Shown one piece after another: positions 17,204-26,487 of a DNA stretch of 64,000 nucleotides. Below the pieces are notes generated by a model that was not told the DNA's origin, searched no databases, and saw only the letters and a list, made by a program, of their open reading frames with translations. Made by a program: the position numbers and the translations under genes. Each line of letters starts with the position of its first letter. The stretch's first letter is position 1. Source of the DNA: Candidatus Nomurabacteria bacterium (GTDB lineage Bacteria > Patescibacteriota > Minisyncoccia > Phycocordibacterales > UBA9973); the NCBI GenBank assembly GCA_029288805.1, contig JARIGO010000008.1:3894-67893 (forward strand). Reading direction: 5' to 3'.

Positions 17204-19237
17204 TTATGCAGGATGTTCATTCTTACGATACAAAGATCGAGCGAGAACGACAAGGGCAAGGATGATCAAGATAAGGAGCAACCAGCCAAGCAATGTTGTT
17301 GGGAGGAAGCCTCCGAATCCGAACACACTAGCGCCGAGTACACTTGGACAATCATTTGAGATTGTGATCAAAGAGTACGCTACTGCCTGTTCCTGAGCAT
17401 GAGTTACAGGATTAGTGTAGTTGATAGTCGCTGTCATAACAGTGAGCTTTCCTACTGCACCAGAGTTGTTAACCTGACCAGTAACAGTAGCCTGACCCTG
17501 CTGACCTGGCTGAACATCTCCGAGAGAGATAGTTACAACACGGCCAACTGCGTCATAGTCACCACCTGAACTTGATACGTAGTCAATTTCTCCAGGGAAT
17601 GTGATACGAAGTACGACATTCTGAAGGTCTTGAGCACTAACGTTCTGATAGTTCACTGTGTATGTGATAGTTCCGCCAACACACATGTGATCAGCATTAC
17701 TGTTAACCTGAAGACTGAAAAGTGAAGGCTGACTGTTTGCTACTGCACCAACGTTTGTAGTGGTGCGAGTAGTGCGGCCTGAACTTACGTATACAACCTT
17801 TGTAGGAGGTACGTATGTTGAGGCAGCCGCTGGAGCACTGAATGGTACAACGCTACCGTATGCGATACCTGCCTGAGTCTGCACTACTGCACGATAGTAG
17901 TATGTGCCACCTGGAGCAAGACCGCTGATGTTTGCATTGTATGGGTATGTGCCATATCCGTTCACGTTCTGAGTGTCAGAACGGTTACCGAGTGAAGTAG
18001 TTACACCGTATTCGAACCATGCACTTGCTGAACCGTAACTAGTGTTAGGAACTGCAATACCGTTAAGCTGTGCTGAGTATGAACCCAATACACTGGCAAC
18101 GGTAGTGATAGCCTGTGGCTGCTGATAATTGATGGTTGTGCCACCGCCACCGTAATACGGCTGGTTAACACTTACATATACTGACTGTGAGCCATTGCCG
18201 TTACAGTTAGATCCGTTCAGTGTCAGCGTGTATGAGGTTGAAGTGTAAGGGCTGATTGAAACACTGCCACTTGAAGGTTCGTTACCGAATCCTGAGATGT
18301 ATACATAGTTTGCACCAGATGTATTCCAGTGAAGCGTAGTGGTCTGTCCCTGAACAATGCTGTTACTGTCTACGTAGAATGAGTTGATAGTACAGTAGTT
18401 ATTTGTACCACCTCCACCGTTATTATTATTTGTAACAGTTACTGTAGCTTTTGCTGTCGCACCGCCTGGGTACGCAGTCAAAGTATATGTTGTGGTGTTA
18501 GTCGGACTAACAGTGTAGCCAGAGTTGTCAGTAGCAAGGTTTGTTCCAACCTGTGTAATGTTTACATACTGACAGTTAGAAGTGGTCCATGAAAGAGCAC
18601 TGGTACTTCCGAGATTGATTGAAGTAGGGTTTGCAGAGAAATTATTGATCGCACAAGCATTAGTGTTGCCACCGCCGCCGCCATTATTAGGTGTGCCGTT
18701 CACTTGGAAGCGAACTGTTAATACACCTTCTTCTCCTGCAGCAAGGTCTCCGATAGTGAATCCCCCTCCGAGCGCATAGTCGATATTAACAGGCTTTGGT
18801 GATGTATCTGTATTAGTACGCCAGTCTGCCTGATAAGGACCATTTTGAGGCATAGTTGAAATAGTTTCTTCCTGTGAAAGAGTCACAGTCGCTGTGCCTG
18901 ATACACGAGGAGCGTTACTAGAAACAACAACACCGTTGAATGTCACGTGTGTTCCACTGCGTGACGGCTGAATAGCAACCTTCACATCGTGTGCAGTTTC
19001 ATTACTGGTATTTTTAAAATAAATCTGAGCAGCAATAATGTCACCAGGACTTGCTGTTGTAGATGGCTGCCAACAACCATTAATCTGCCCAAAACTACAT
19101 GGGTGCGTTGTGTTATTTGCCACGGTCATAGTTGGCATTGACCCTGGACTGTTTAGACTTGCATCAGCAAATGTTGTAGTTGATACCATCAACACACCAA
19201 GAGCCACTGCCATCATTGATATAATAATTTTTTTCAT
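17204..19237 (-). CDS. Cell-surface protein with Ig-like repeats, FN3-like and DUF11-like domains, C-terminal TM anchor
   Basis: Signal peptide; two F..I..G..T.L.W...VSP..TT.YTL repeats; WFEYG...GLAPGGTYYYR; ITYTVNYQN; C-terminal TM with basic tail. Confidence 0.8.
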   Translation of the reverse strand: MKKIIISMMAVALGVLMVSTTTFADASLNSPGSMPTMTVANNTTHPCSFGQINGCWQPSTTASPGDIIAAQIYFKNTSNETAHDVKVAIQPSRSGTHVTFNGVVVSSNAPRVSGTATVTLSQEETISTMPQNGPYQADWRTNTDTSPKPVNIDYALGGGFTIGDLAAGEEGVLTVRFQVNGTPNNGGGGGNTNACAINNFSANPTSINLGSTSALSWTTSNCQYVNITQVGTNLATDNSGYTVSPTNTTTYTLTAYPGGATAKATVTVTNNNNGGGGTNNYCTINSFYVDSNSIVQGQTTTLHWNTSGANYVYISGFGNEPSSGSVSISPYTSTSYTLTLNGSNCNGNGSQSVYVSVNQPYYGGGGTTINYQQPQAITTVASVLGSYSAQLNGIAVPNTSYGSASAWFEYGVTTSLGNRSDTQNVNGYGTYPYNANISGLAPGGTYYYRAVVQTQAGIAYGSVVPFSAPAAASTYVPPTKVVYVSSGRTTRTTTNVGAVANSQPSLFSLQVNSNADHMCVGGTITYTVNYQNVSAQDLQNVVLRITFPGEIDYVSSSGGDYDAVGRVVTISLGDVQPGQQGQATVTGQVNNSGAVGKLTVMTATINYTNPVTHAQEQAVAYSLITISNDCPSVLGASVFGFGGFLPTTLLGWLLLILIILALVVLARSLYRKNEHPA

Positions 19238-19408
19238 ACGTTTTCTCTCTTTTTTCTCACTTAATAATTTCTTTCGTGACTATCGAACCATACCATAGTA
19301 TGTCAAATAAGTCAATCAATTGTATTTACTCTTCGGCACCCTACTTCTTGAGTACGGTGCTAAAGAATAAAGGGAATGATGAGTGTTTCATCATTCCCTT
19401 GATAGTTT

Positions 19409-20620
19409 TTACCTCAATGCAAAAGCAAAGTGAACGCCTAAGACAGGCTTGATCTTACCAGCTTGATTCGGTGTAAACGAAACAAATCCAGCATTTGCGG
19501 TCCAATGAGTAGTGAGGCCGAAACCTTTTGATATTTGCGCAGCATACGTATGGGTTGATCCGCCACCGTCGCCACCTAAGCCTGGCTGACCAGAAGTATC
19601 CTGGATCTCAGTACTATAAACGTGATCACGGGGAGCCGGATGGTGACATGCAACATACACAACACCCGCGATAACCACGATGCCGACAGGGACTACCCAG
19701 CCTGCATTTCTGCAAAACCAACCCTTTGTACTTACCTGCAGGTCTTTTTGTTTTACATAAACAATGACATTTGCAGGGCAGTTACCAGGATAAGCTCTTA
19801 AAAAATACGTGGTTGTCCGGTCCGGCGAAACCATGAAGTTTCCGCTTGGATCCAAGTGGTCACCAATACCTGAAATGTCGACACGGCTATAACCACTAGC
19901 GTCCCAATGCAAAGTTACAGAATCACCAGCCATAATGTTATTTGGACTGGCGGTAAAGTAGATCTTGTGAGACGTAGGAGCCGGGTTCGATGGTGCCGGG
20001 TTAGGCGCTGGCATAGAAGCAGTGTGCGGAGGAAAATGTTCATCCTCGTACACTTTGTCAACCAAGTTTCCACAATCAGCTTTTATATAGATAGTGGAAC
20101 CGCCGGGCAGCTTAAGGCGTGCAATGACATATCCGTCCTTTTCACCAAAAACTGATGAAGTGGTTGGATCCCACAACTGCAACTGACCATTTTCATCGAA
20201 GTAATAACTTCTGTACCCGTTTTCTTTAAACATTTTTGGTGACCAGATTTGAAAGGTCAGTGCTGATGATTTAAACAACGCAGCGATTTGAAGGTACGTT
20301 AATTTTTTTGACGAGTGCTCATTTATGTAATGCCCCACTCTATCAATAACATCCTTCTGAGAAGCGCGGCCTTGATCATCACCAGGTATATCAGGCCGCA
20401 TGTACTTATAGTCACCGGAAAAACCGGCAACATAATTACGAATGAAGTTGCGTTCAATATTTTGAATGCCCTTCACATACTGAAAGCCAGGTTGAAAAAA
20501 ACCTTTTCCAGTTGGACCTGCATCAACATCCGTTGAGTCAGCCTGTGCTGCAAACGCATTTACTACACCGAACATACTTACTATAAGCACGATAACGGTT
20601 CTTACTACTATGTTTTTCAT
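19409..20620 (-). CDS. Orphan secreted/membrane protein with one Ig-like module
   Basis: Signal peptide (AFA-A), Pro-rich linker, Ig-like module shared with the 17204 gene, TM; promoter TTGACA-N17-TAATGT at 20695-20667. Confidence 0.7.
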   Translation of the reverse strand: MKNIVVRTVIVLIVSMFGVVNAFAAQADSTDVDAGPTGKGFFQPGFQYVKGIQNIERNFIRNYVAGFSGDYKYMRPDIPGDDQGRASQKDVIDRVGHYINEHSSKKLTYLQIAALFKSSALTFQIWSPKMFKENGYRSYYFDENGQLQLWDPTTSSVFGEKDGYVIARLKLPGGSTIYIKADCGNLVDKVYEDEHFPPHTASMPAPNPAPSNPAPTSHKIYFTASPNNIMAGDSVTLHWDASGYSRVDISGIGDHLDPSGNFMVSPDRTTTYFLRAYPGNCPANVIVYVKQKDLQVSTKGWFCRNAGWVVPVGIVVIAGVVYVACHHPAPRDHVYSTEIQDTSGQPGLGGDGGGSTHTYAAQISKGFGLTTHWTANAGFVSFTPNQAGKIKPVLGVHFAFALR

Positions 20621-20767
20621 AATTCACAAAGATCTTTGAGTTTTTGTTTAATTTCTCTTTTTCTTTACATTAGCACAAAATGTATTTTTTGTCAATCATA
20701 CCACCTTGAGGTATTTGACATAAAGAAAATAGAATGTATAGTACAAAAAAGACAAAATTATTAAAAA

Positions 20768-21868
20768 ATGAATAAAAAGAACTTACTACTCCTTACAGCA
20801 ATAGGATTGTTGTTGGGAGCATGCGGTACGCAGAAGCAAACCATTACGGATAATACCCCTCCCCCTCCTGACAATTCCAGGAAACCTGTCCCCGGACTGA
20901 GCAGCATATTGTCCCTACATCCGGTAGACAATGCTGCAAATGGAGAAAATGGCAAAAAATACGACTTCATGTATGACTATGCAAAAAAATATCTCTATTT
21001 CACTGACGTGGACAGTACGTATGCTCAGGTTAGAAATTTCCTACCCGAATACATTACGAAGGATTCAATCGGCCACGGAGTAACCCTAGAAACTGTATCA
21101 GCCCATCCGTTTTCAAATTTCACTGATGAGACAAAAAAGCGGATTGCGCAGTCTGAGGGTTTGAAGTTCGATGCTATCAATGATTATCGTATTGCGAAGG
21201 CTTTTAACGTCAAGTATGAAACATCCTCGGTTCCGGCAATGCAGGCACTCCTGAAAATGTTGCAAAACGATACCACTGCCAATAACGGTGATTCAGGAGC
21301 ACGACTTTCTGTTAACGGCGCCCAGGGCATGTTACTGCTCCACCCTATCAGAAATGCAATCAAGGACGTTCACGGGGCTGAATGGTACTTCTTTTATGAC
21401 CTGACCAACCACTACATATTCATTACCGATAGTGTGTCAGTATATGAGAAGTTTCAAAAAGGCTTGCCTGCGAAGGACAACATAAATGCGGTTCTTGTAC
21501 AAGGCATATCTATTGACCCATTCGTATATTTTGATCAGCAGGCTATTGATGCCATGACCAAAGATGAGGGGCTTGAGATAAACGGCGGCGACCAAAAACA
21601 TGACATCAACAAGTTCGATGTCGCCACCATAGCAAGCTACGGCATAGTCTTTGACTACAAGACTGTCATAAAGGCACTGCAGGAAAAGCTTGGCACACGC
21701 CAAAGCTCTACAGCATCGTCATTCGAACCAAAAACGGTAAACCATCCTTCCGGCGACCAGAACATCAAGCCGTTCCCTAAGGTGACAGCTCCAACGGTGA
21801 CCCCGCCTGTTCAAAAAAAATCTACAAAGAAACAAAATGATTCGTATGACCCAAATGCCATACCGTAA
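20768..21868 (+). CDS. Orphan lipoprotein with an internally duplicated domain
   Basis: Lipobox LGAC (Cys19); promoter TTGACA(20715)-N16-TATAGT; terminator 21876-21909. Confidence 0.75.
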   Translation: MNKKNLLLLTAIGLLLGACGTQKQTITDNTPPPPDNSRKPVPGLSSILSLHPVDNAANGENGKKYDFMYDYAKKYLYFTDVDSTYAQVRNFLPEYITKDSIGHGVTLETVSAHPFSNFTDETKKRIAQSEGLKFDAINDYRIAKAFNVKYETSSVPAMQALLKMLQNDTTANNGDSGARLSVNGAQGMLLLHPIRNAIKDVHGAEWYFFYDLTNHYIFITDSVSVYEKFQKGLPAKDNINAVLVQGISIDPFVYFDQQAIDAMTKDEGLEINGGDQKHDINKFDVATIASYGIVFDYKTVIKALQEKLGTRQSSTASSFEPKTVNHPSGDQNIKPFPKVTAPTVTPPVQKKSTKKQNDSYDPNAIP

Positions 21869-21875
21869 TCAGTCC

Positions 21876-21909
21876 AATGTCCTCTCAATCGAGAGGACAT
21901 TTTATTTTT
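21876..21909 (+). terminator. Intrinsic terminator
   Basis: aatgtcctctc-aatc-gagaggacatt followed by T-run. Confidence 0.75.
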
Positions 21910-21938
21910 ATACCCCAAAATACGCTATACTTATGATC

Positions 21939-23642
21939 ATGGTGCAATTTGATGAAAGCGATCAAATCAAACGAATCAATAATCTCCGAGAATCTGAAGA
22001 GGAAGACGTTGTTGCAATGCTCGCACAACAGCAATATGGCATTCCTTCTGTTAACCTCCTTTCTCAATCCATCGATAACGATGCTATTCGCTTGTTAACC
22101 GAAGAGCAGGCTCGCAGTTTTGACGTTGGTCCGTACAAGCTGATCGATAAGAAATTATTTTTGGCGGTACGTTCCCCGCTTGCCACTGGCGCGCTTGCCG
22201 CAAAGGAACTTATTGAAAAAAATGGCTACGACGTTGAAATGGTCATGGCCAGTGAAAAAAGCATTGAGAAAGTGTGGACTCACTACAAGGATCTTTCCTA
22301 CGCTACCCGTTCACGTGCTGGTGGTTTGGATATTTCCCCAGATGTTTTGGCAAATCTCAGTAAGACTGTGAAGACCATGGAGGACGCCAAGGCGGTGATC
22401 AATCAAGCCATTACCGAAAACGACAGCAGTCACCACCTTTCTCGCATTTTGGAAGTTATCATCGGTGCAGGCATTGGTATCGGCGCTTCTGACATACACG
22501 TTGAACCGATGGAAAATGAAGTTGAGTTACGCTTCCGTCTCGATGGTGTGCTGCATGTCATTACGACATTTGGTTTTGATACCTATAAGCAGATCAATAC
22601 TCGTATCAAATTGCTGTCAGGATTGAAACTCACGATCAACTCCAACCCTCAAGACGGACGCTTCAGTGCCTTTCTTGGTACAGATGAAATCAGTTTTCGT
22701 ACTTCTATGATTCCGGGAGCATATGGTGAGTCCATCGTGCTTCGTATTTTGAATCCGAAGTCCATCAGAGTGCAGCTTAATGAACTTGGTATCTCCGCTC
22801 CGCTTTTTGAAATTTTTATGAAGGGCATCAAAAAGCCAAACGGTATGGTGCTACTAACTGGTCCAACAGGATCTGGTAAGACCACTACCTTGTATGCCTT
22901 TTTGCAGCAAATCTTTAGTCCGGAACTAAAGATCATTACTATTGAAGACCCGATCGAGTATCACCTTGATGGCATTACGCAAACACAAGTTGACCACATA
23001 AAGGGCTACACATTCTTGGAAGGACTTCGTTCAGCATTGCGTCAGGACCCTGACGTTATCATGGTGGGTGAAATTCGCGACAGTGAAACTGCCAAGATTG
23101 CCGTGGAATCCGCACTTACCGGCCACATAGTCTTCTCTACCCTGCACACCAACAGTGCCAGTGGCGTTATTCCTCGCCTTATAGACTTGGATGTGAATCC
23201 AAAGTTGATGGTGTCTGCATTGTCACTTGCCATCGCCCAACGTTTGGTGCGAGTACTTTGTAAAAACTGCAAGCACGAACGACTGATGACTGAGGATGAA
23301 AAAGGCACTGTGCATCGCATTTGGGATACTGCCGTAGCAAATGGCAAAAACATGGAACAGTTTGGCGTGAAGCCTGATGTAACTACTACGTGGACTGCCC
23401 AGGGTTGTGACCAGTGTGGCAATACCGGCTACAAAGGACGTCTTGGTATCTTTGAAGTAGTGCAAATGGATGCAAATATTGAACACATCATTTTGGAAAA
23501 TCCTACAGAACGAGACATTAAGAAAATTGCGGACAAGCAAGGCACCCTCGACATGCGCGAAGACGGTATCGTAAAAATCCTACAAGGTCTTACCGACTTT
23601 GAGGAAGTACAGTCTGTCGTAGACCTCAGTGAAATAAAATAA
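21939..23642 (+). CDS. pilB: PilB/GspE-family type IV pilus assembly ATPase
   Basis: ASDIHVEP, PQDGR, GPTGSGKTT, TIEDPIEY, LRQDPDVIMVGEIRD, HTN, CxxC...CxxC zinc site; start MVQFDE. Confidence 0.9.
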   Translation: MVQFDESDQIKRINNLRESEEEDVVAMLAQQQYGIPSVNLLSQSIDNDAIRLLTEEQARSFDVGPYKLIDKKLFLAVRSPLATGALAAKELIEKNGYDVEMVMASEKSIEKVWTHYKDLSYATRSRAGGLDISPDVLANLSKTVKTMEDAKAVINQAITENDSSHHLSRILEVIIGAGIGIGASDIHVEPMENEVELRFRLDGVLHVITTFGFDTYKQINTRIKLLSGLKLTINSNPQDGRFSAFLGTDEISFRTSMIPGAYGESIVLRILNPKSIRVQLNELGISAPLFEIFMKGIKKPNGMVLLTGPTGSGKTTTLYAFLQQIFSPELKIITIEDPIEYHLDGITQTQVDHIKGYTFLEGLRSALRQDPDVIMVGEIRDSETAKIAVESALTGHIVFSTLHTNSASGVIPRLIDLDVNPKLMVSALSLAIAQRLVRVLCKNCKHERLMTEDEKGTVHRIWDTAVANGKNMEQFGVKPDVTTTWTAQGCDQCGNTGYKGRLGIFEVVQMDANIEHIILENPTERDIKKIADKQGTLDMREDGIVKILQGLTDFEEVQSVVDLSEIK

Positions 23643-23668
23643 CCCCGCAATTACGCGGGGTTTGTTTT
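23641..23668. terminator. Bidirectional terminator
   Basis: aaccccgc-aattac-gcggggtt with T-run. Confidence 0.7.
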
Positions 23669-23872
23669 TTAGTCAGCCATACCAAGGTCTTTTTTGTCAC
23701 CGAACGGTCGCCAGCTTTGTTTCGCTTGCTGCAGAGAATCCTGGTGATACTTTGCGCTAAAAATGCTGTCATTCCTATCTCGCTCCCTCTCTTGCTTTGG
23801 ATTATAAGAAAGTGAATTGCACGAAGTTATTCCTGCAGATATTAGGCTGCACAAAATCAAAATTGTTTTCAT
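23669..23872 (-). CDS. Small orphan lipoprotein
   Basis: MKTILILCSLISAGITSC lipobox-type signal (Cys18). Confidence 0.6.
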   Translation of the reverse strand: MKTILILCSLISAGITSCNSLSYNPKQERERDRNDSIFSAKYHQDSLQQAKQSWRPFGDKKDLGMAD

Positions 23873-23904
23873 TATTATTTTTTAAAAGATCATAAACAAA
23901 AAAA

Positions 23905-24038
23905 GCACTAATCTCCAAACAGTCCTTATATGTACGTGGACATATAAGTAAAGCATGATTATAGGATAGCCCCAGTCGAAACCAAAACGTCCCACGCCTA
24001 CACTTAGAACCTGAGGCTGACTGCTTAGAGATTAGTAC
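23905..24038 (-). ncRNA. Structured RNA candidate with 20-bp closing stem (6S-like or leader RNA)
   Basis: GTACTAATCTCTAAGCAGTC pairs with GACTGTTTGGAGATTAGTGC with G-U pairs only on the minus strand; two internal hairpins; U7 follows. Confidence 0.5.
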
Positions 24039-24117
24039 CTTCTTTCCGCTCTTACTACGATCTGTAGTAGAATGTATCTGTTATTGAACTAGTAATAGGA
24101 TAGCATACTATAAAAAA

Positions 24118-25089
24118 ATGTCAAGCCCCCTTCCAGAAGAACAATTTAGCGACTCAGTTCTCCGCCCTACTTCATTCGATGAGTACGTTGGGCAGGAACA
24201 GATCAAAAAGTCTCTCTCCATACTCATTGGAGCTGCTAAAACACGCGGACAGGCACCTGAACATGTGCTTTTTTACGGACCACCAGGTCTTGGTAAGACA
24301 ACATTGGCCCATGTCATCGCGAAGGAAATGGGAGCACAAGTAAAACTGACGTCAGGTCCCGCTATTGAACGCGTTGGAGACCTCGCCGCTATCCTCACAA
24401 ACCTACAACCGGGTGACATGCTATTCATCGATGAGATTCACCGGCTGAACAAAGCTATCGAGGAAGTGCTCTACCCTGTCATGGAAACAGGCAAAATGGA
24501 TATCATGATTGGTAAGGGTCCTTCTGCTCGTACCGTACAGCTCGACCTTCCTCCATTCACACTCGTTGGTGCTACTACGCGATTTGGCATGCTTTCCGCA
24601 CCGCTTCGTTCTCGTTTTTCTGGAGGAACGTATCGTTTGGAATTTTATACTGATGAAGAAATTGCTCGGATCTTGGGACGATCTGCACAGCTACTTGATA
24701 TCAACCTGCCAACTATCGCCCATCACGCCATCGCTGCTCGTAGTCGTAAGACTCCTCGTATTGCCAACTACCTCCTTCGCCGCGTGCGTGACTATGCGCA
24801 AATGCATGACCAGGAAATTGGTGAGCATAATATTAATGAGGCCTTCGCACTGCTTGGGCTTGATGAAAACGGATTGAGCTCACATGACATTACATTGTTA
24901 AAAACCATTCGCGATAAGTTTAGTGGCGGACCAGTCGGTGTTAAGAATCTTGCAGCAGCTACAGGAGAAGACGAAGGAACCATCGAAGACGTCACTGAGC
25001 CATACCTTATTCAGCTGGGATTTTTGGAACGCACCCCCCGCGGTCGACAACTGACAGAAAAAGGCAAGGAATATATTCGTGAAAAATAA
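24118..25089 (+). CDS. ruvB: Holliday junction branch migration helicase RuvB
   Basis: LRP..FDEYVGQ, GPPGLGKTTLA, FIDEIHRL, GATTR, ERTPRGR. Confidence 0.97.
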   Translation: MSSPLPEEQFSDSVLRPTSFDEYVGQEQIKKSLSILIGAAKTRGQAPEHVLFYGPPGLGKTTLAHVIAKEMGAQVKLTSGPAIERVGDLAAILTNLQPGDMLFIDEIHRLNKAIEEVLYPVMETGKMDIMIGKGPSARTVQLDLPPFTLVGATTRFGMLSAPLRSRFSGGTYRLEFYTDEEIARILGRSAQLLDINLPTIAHHAIAARSRKTPRIANYLLRRVRDYAQMHDQEIGEHNINEAFALLGLDENGLSSHDITLLKTIRDKFSGGPVGVKNLAAATGEDEGTIEDVTEPYLIQLGFLERTPRGRQLTEKGKEYIREK

Positions 25090-25579
25090 TACCGAACAAA
25101 CCATTCTGGCTGTCGATCCTGGATATGATCGTTGCGGGGTAGCCATTATAAAAACTGGCCCACATCCAATCATTGAAAAGTCCTGGTGCATTACGACGAA
25201 CAAAAAGGACGTGCAGCCTCATCGCCTGGCAGCCATCTTCAAGAATATTGATGAAGCTATTACCGAATACAAACCTGATGCCATTGCACTCGAAACACTG
25301 TTTTTTTCAGTTAACAAAAAGACTGTCATCGGCGTAGCGGAAGCTCGCGGTATCATTGTGACGCTTGCAGGGCTGCACGACATTGAACTCATAGAACTTT
25401 CTCCGCAAGAAGTGAAGATTGCCGTTACTGGGGTTGGCAACGCAGACAAAACTGCAGTACAGAAAATGGTAGCCCTGACGCTGAAAATTGATATTGCGAA
25501 AAAATTGGACGATGAAATCGACGCTATTGCACTGGGAGTAGCAGCAGCCGGTACTTTGCGATTAAACTCTTATAAATAA
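25079..25579 (+). CDS. ruvC: Crossover junction endodeoxyribonuclease RuvC
   Basis: LAVDPG, ALETLFF, EARG, VKIAVTGVGNADK, DDEIDAIA. Confidence 0.95.
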   Translation: MKNNTEQTILAVDPGYDRCGVAIIKTGPHPIIEKSWCITTNKKDVQPHRLAAIFKNIDEAITEYKPDAIALETLFFSVNKKTVIGVAEARGIIVTLAGLHDIELIELSPQEVKIAVTGVGNADKTAVQKMVALTLKIDIAKKLDDEIDAIALGVAAAGTLRLNSYK

Positions 25580-25660
25580 AGGCAAAAAATCGCTTGCCAA
25601 CTTTAGTAGTATTTGATACAACTTAAGGCATAAAAATTAATTTTATTTTTGCACCATAGT

Positions 25661-25882
25661 ATGGATGAAAACGAAAAAGAAGTATTGGACGAATCTGAAC
25701 TTGCTGAAGGATTCAGTGAGGTAGGTGATGATGGAGACATCATTGCTGATGACGAAGTGTTAGTTGAAGATGAGCCGCTTCTTGATGAAGAAGATAAGAG
25801 CGAAGATGACGCAGAGGAAGAAGACGACATGAAGGCATACTTGGAAGAAAGCCTTTATGAAGCAGAAGATCTGAGATACTAA
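25661..25882 (+). CDS. Small, extremely acidic hypothetical protein
   Basis: 73 aa from MDENEKE, roughly half Asp/Glu; followed by terminator. Confidence 0.7.
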   Translation: MDENEKEVLDESELAEGFSEVGDDGDIIADDEVLVEDEPLLDEEDKSEDDAEEEDDMKAYLEESLYEAEDLRY

Positions 25883-25884
25883 TA

Positions 25885-25913
25885 AAAAATGCCCACCGAC
25901 GGTGGGCATTTTT
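25885..25913. terminator. Bidirectional terminator
   Basis: aaaaatgcccacc-gac-ggtgggcattttt. Confidence 0.8.
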
Positions 25914-25926
25914 ATATATGTATATA

Positions 25927-26028
25927 GTGTAGTACGAGTGATCGAGCGGAGGAGTGTTACTGCGGAAGGATTGGGCAGGGTACCCGTCCGGAGCAGTAAT
26001 ACGCCTACGCGAGGAACGAGTGCTACAC
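25927..26028 (+). other. 102-nt rod-like hairpin element with repeated tandem G-A mismatches
   Basis: GTGTAGTAC/GTGCTACAC and GTGTTACTGC/GCAGTAATAC stems; purine-rich internal loops; G-T pairs on the plus strand. Confidence 0.6.
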
Positions 26029-26463
26029 CGCTTGCGTTTCCCTCTTCAGCGTACACTTCTCACATCTGCAGCCTTTTGGCTTGATGTATTCGTTGAAGAA
26101 ATCTTTTCCATAGTCATAGAAAAGTTCTTCTCCGGGCTTGATATTTCGCTTTGCATAAATAAAGACTCGCCCCTTGATGATGTCCACCTCACAGTTTTGC
26201 TTGCTGCACACATGGTTGATATATCGCGCAGTGTTCCACCGTACTGATCCATCAATAGTTTTTTTCTTAGAAACCTCGAAGAGGTATTGCCCCCCGCGGG
26301 CATTTACTTCATCATCCGTAGTGAGAATGTCTCCAACGTATTCGATGATACAGTCGCCTTTTTTTATTGGCACCGTAGTGAACAATCCGAGACCATTAAT
26401 TCCTTTCTTAACTTTCAAATCTGTTCCAACTGCGTAGAGTGGAGTGGTTTTTGTTGCTGACAT
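26023..26463 (-). CDS. SET-domain protein-lysine methyltransferase
   Basis: GLGLF, IIEYVG, ARYINHVC, GEELFYDYG, post-SET CRCEKC. Confidence 0.92.
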   Translation of the reverse strand: MSATKTTPLYAVGTDLKVKKGINGLGLFTTVPIKKGDCIIEYVGDILTTDDEVNARGGQYLFEVSKKKTIDGSVRWNTARYINHVCSKQNCEVDIIKGRVFIYAKRNIKPGEELFYDYGKDFFNEYIKPKGCRCEKCTLKRETQAV

Positions 26464-26487
26464 GAGCAAGAGTATACCACGAAGAAC

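Noticed and set aside
19325-19400. Two adjacent hairpins between the surface-protein genes
   Set aside because: Adequately explained as 3'-end/terminator structures of the 19409 gene
23975-23993. GGGACGTTTTGGTTTCGAC on the minus strand resembles a tmRNA 5' end
   Set aside because: No matching acceptor/T-arm 3' end or tag reading frame nearby; the bases are used in another helix
25760-26247. ORFs 25760-26056, 25902-26084, 25954-26247
   Set aside because: Shadow frames over a terminator, the hairpin element and the SET gene; no start signals
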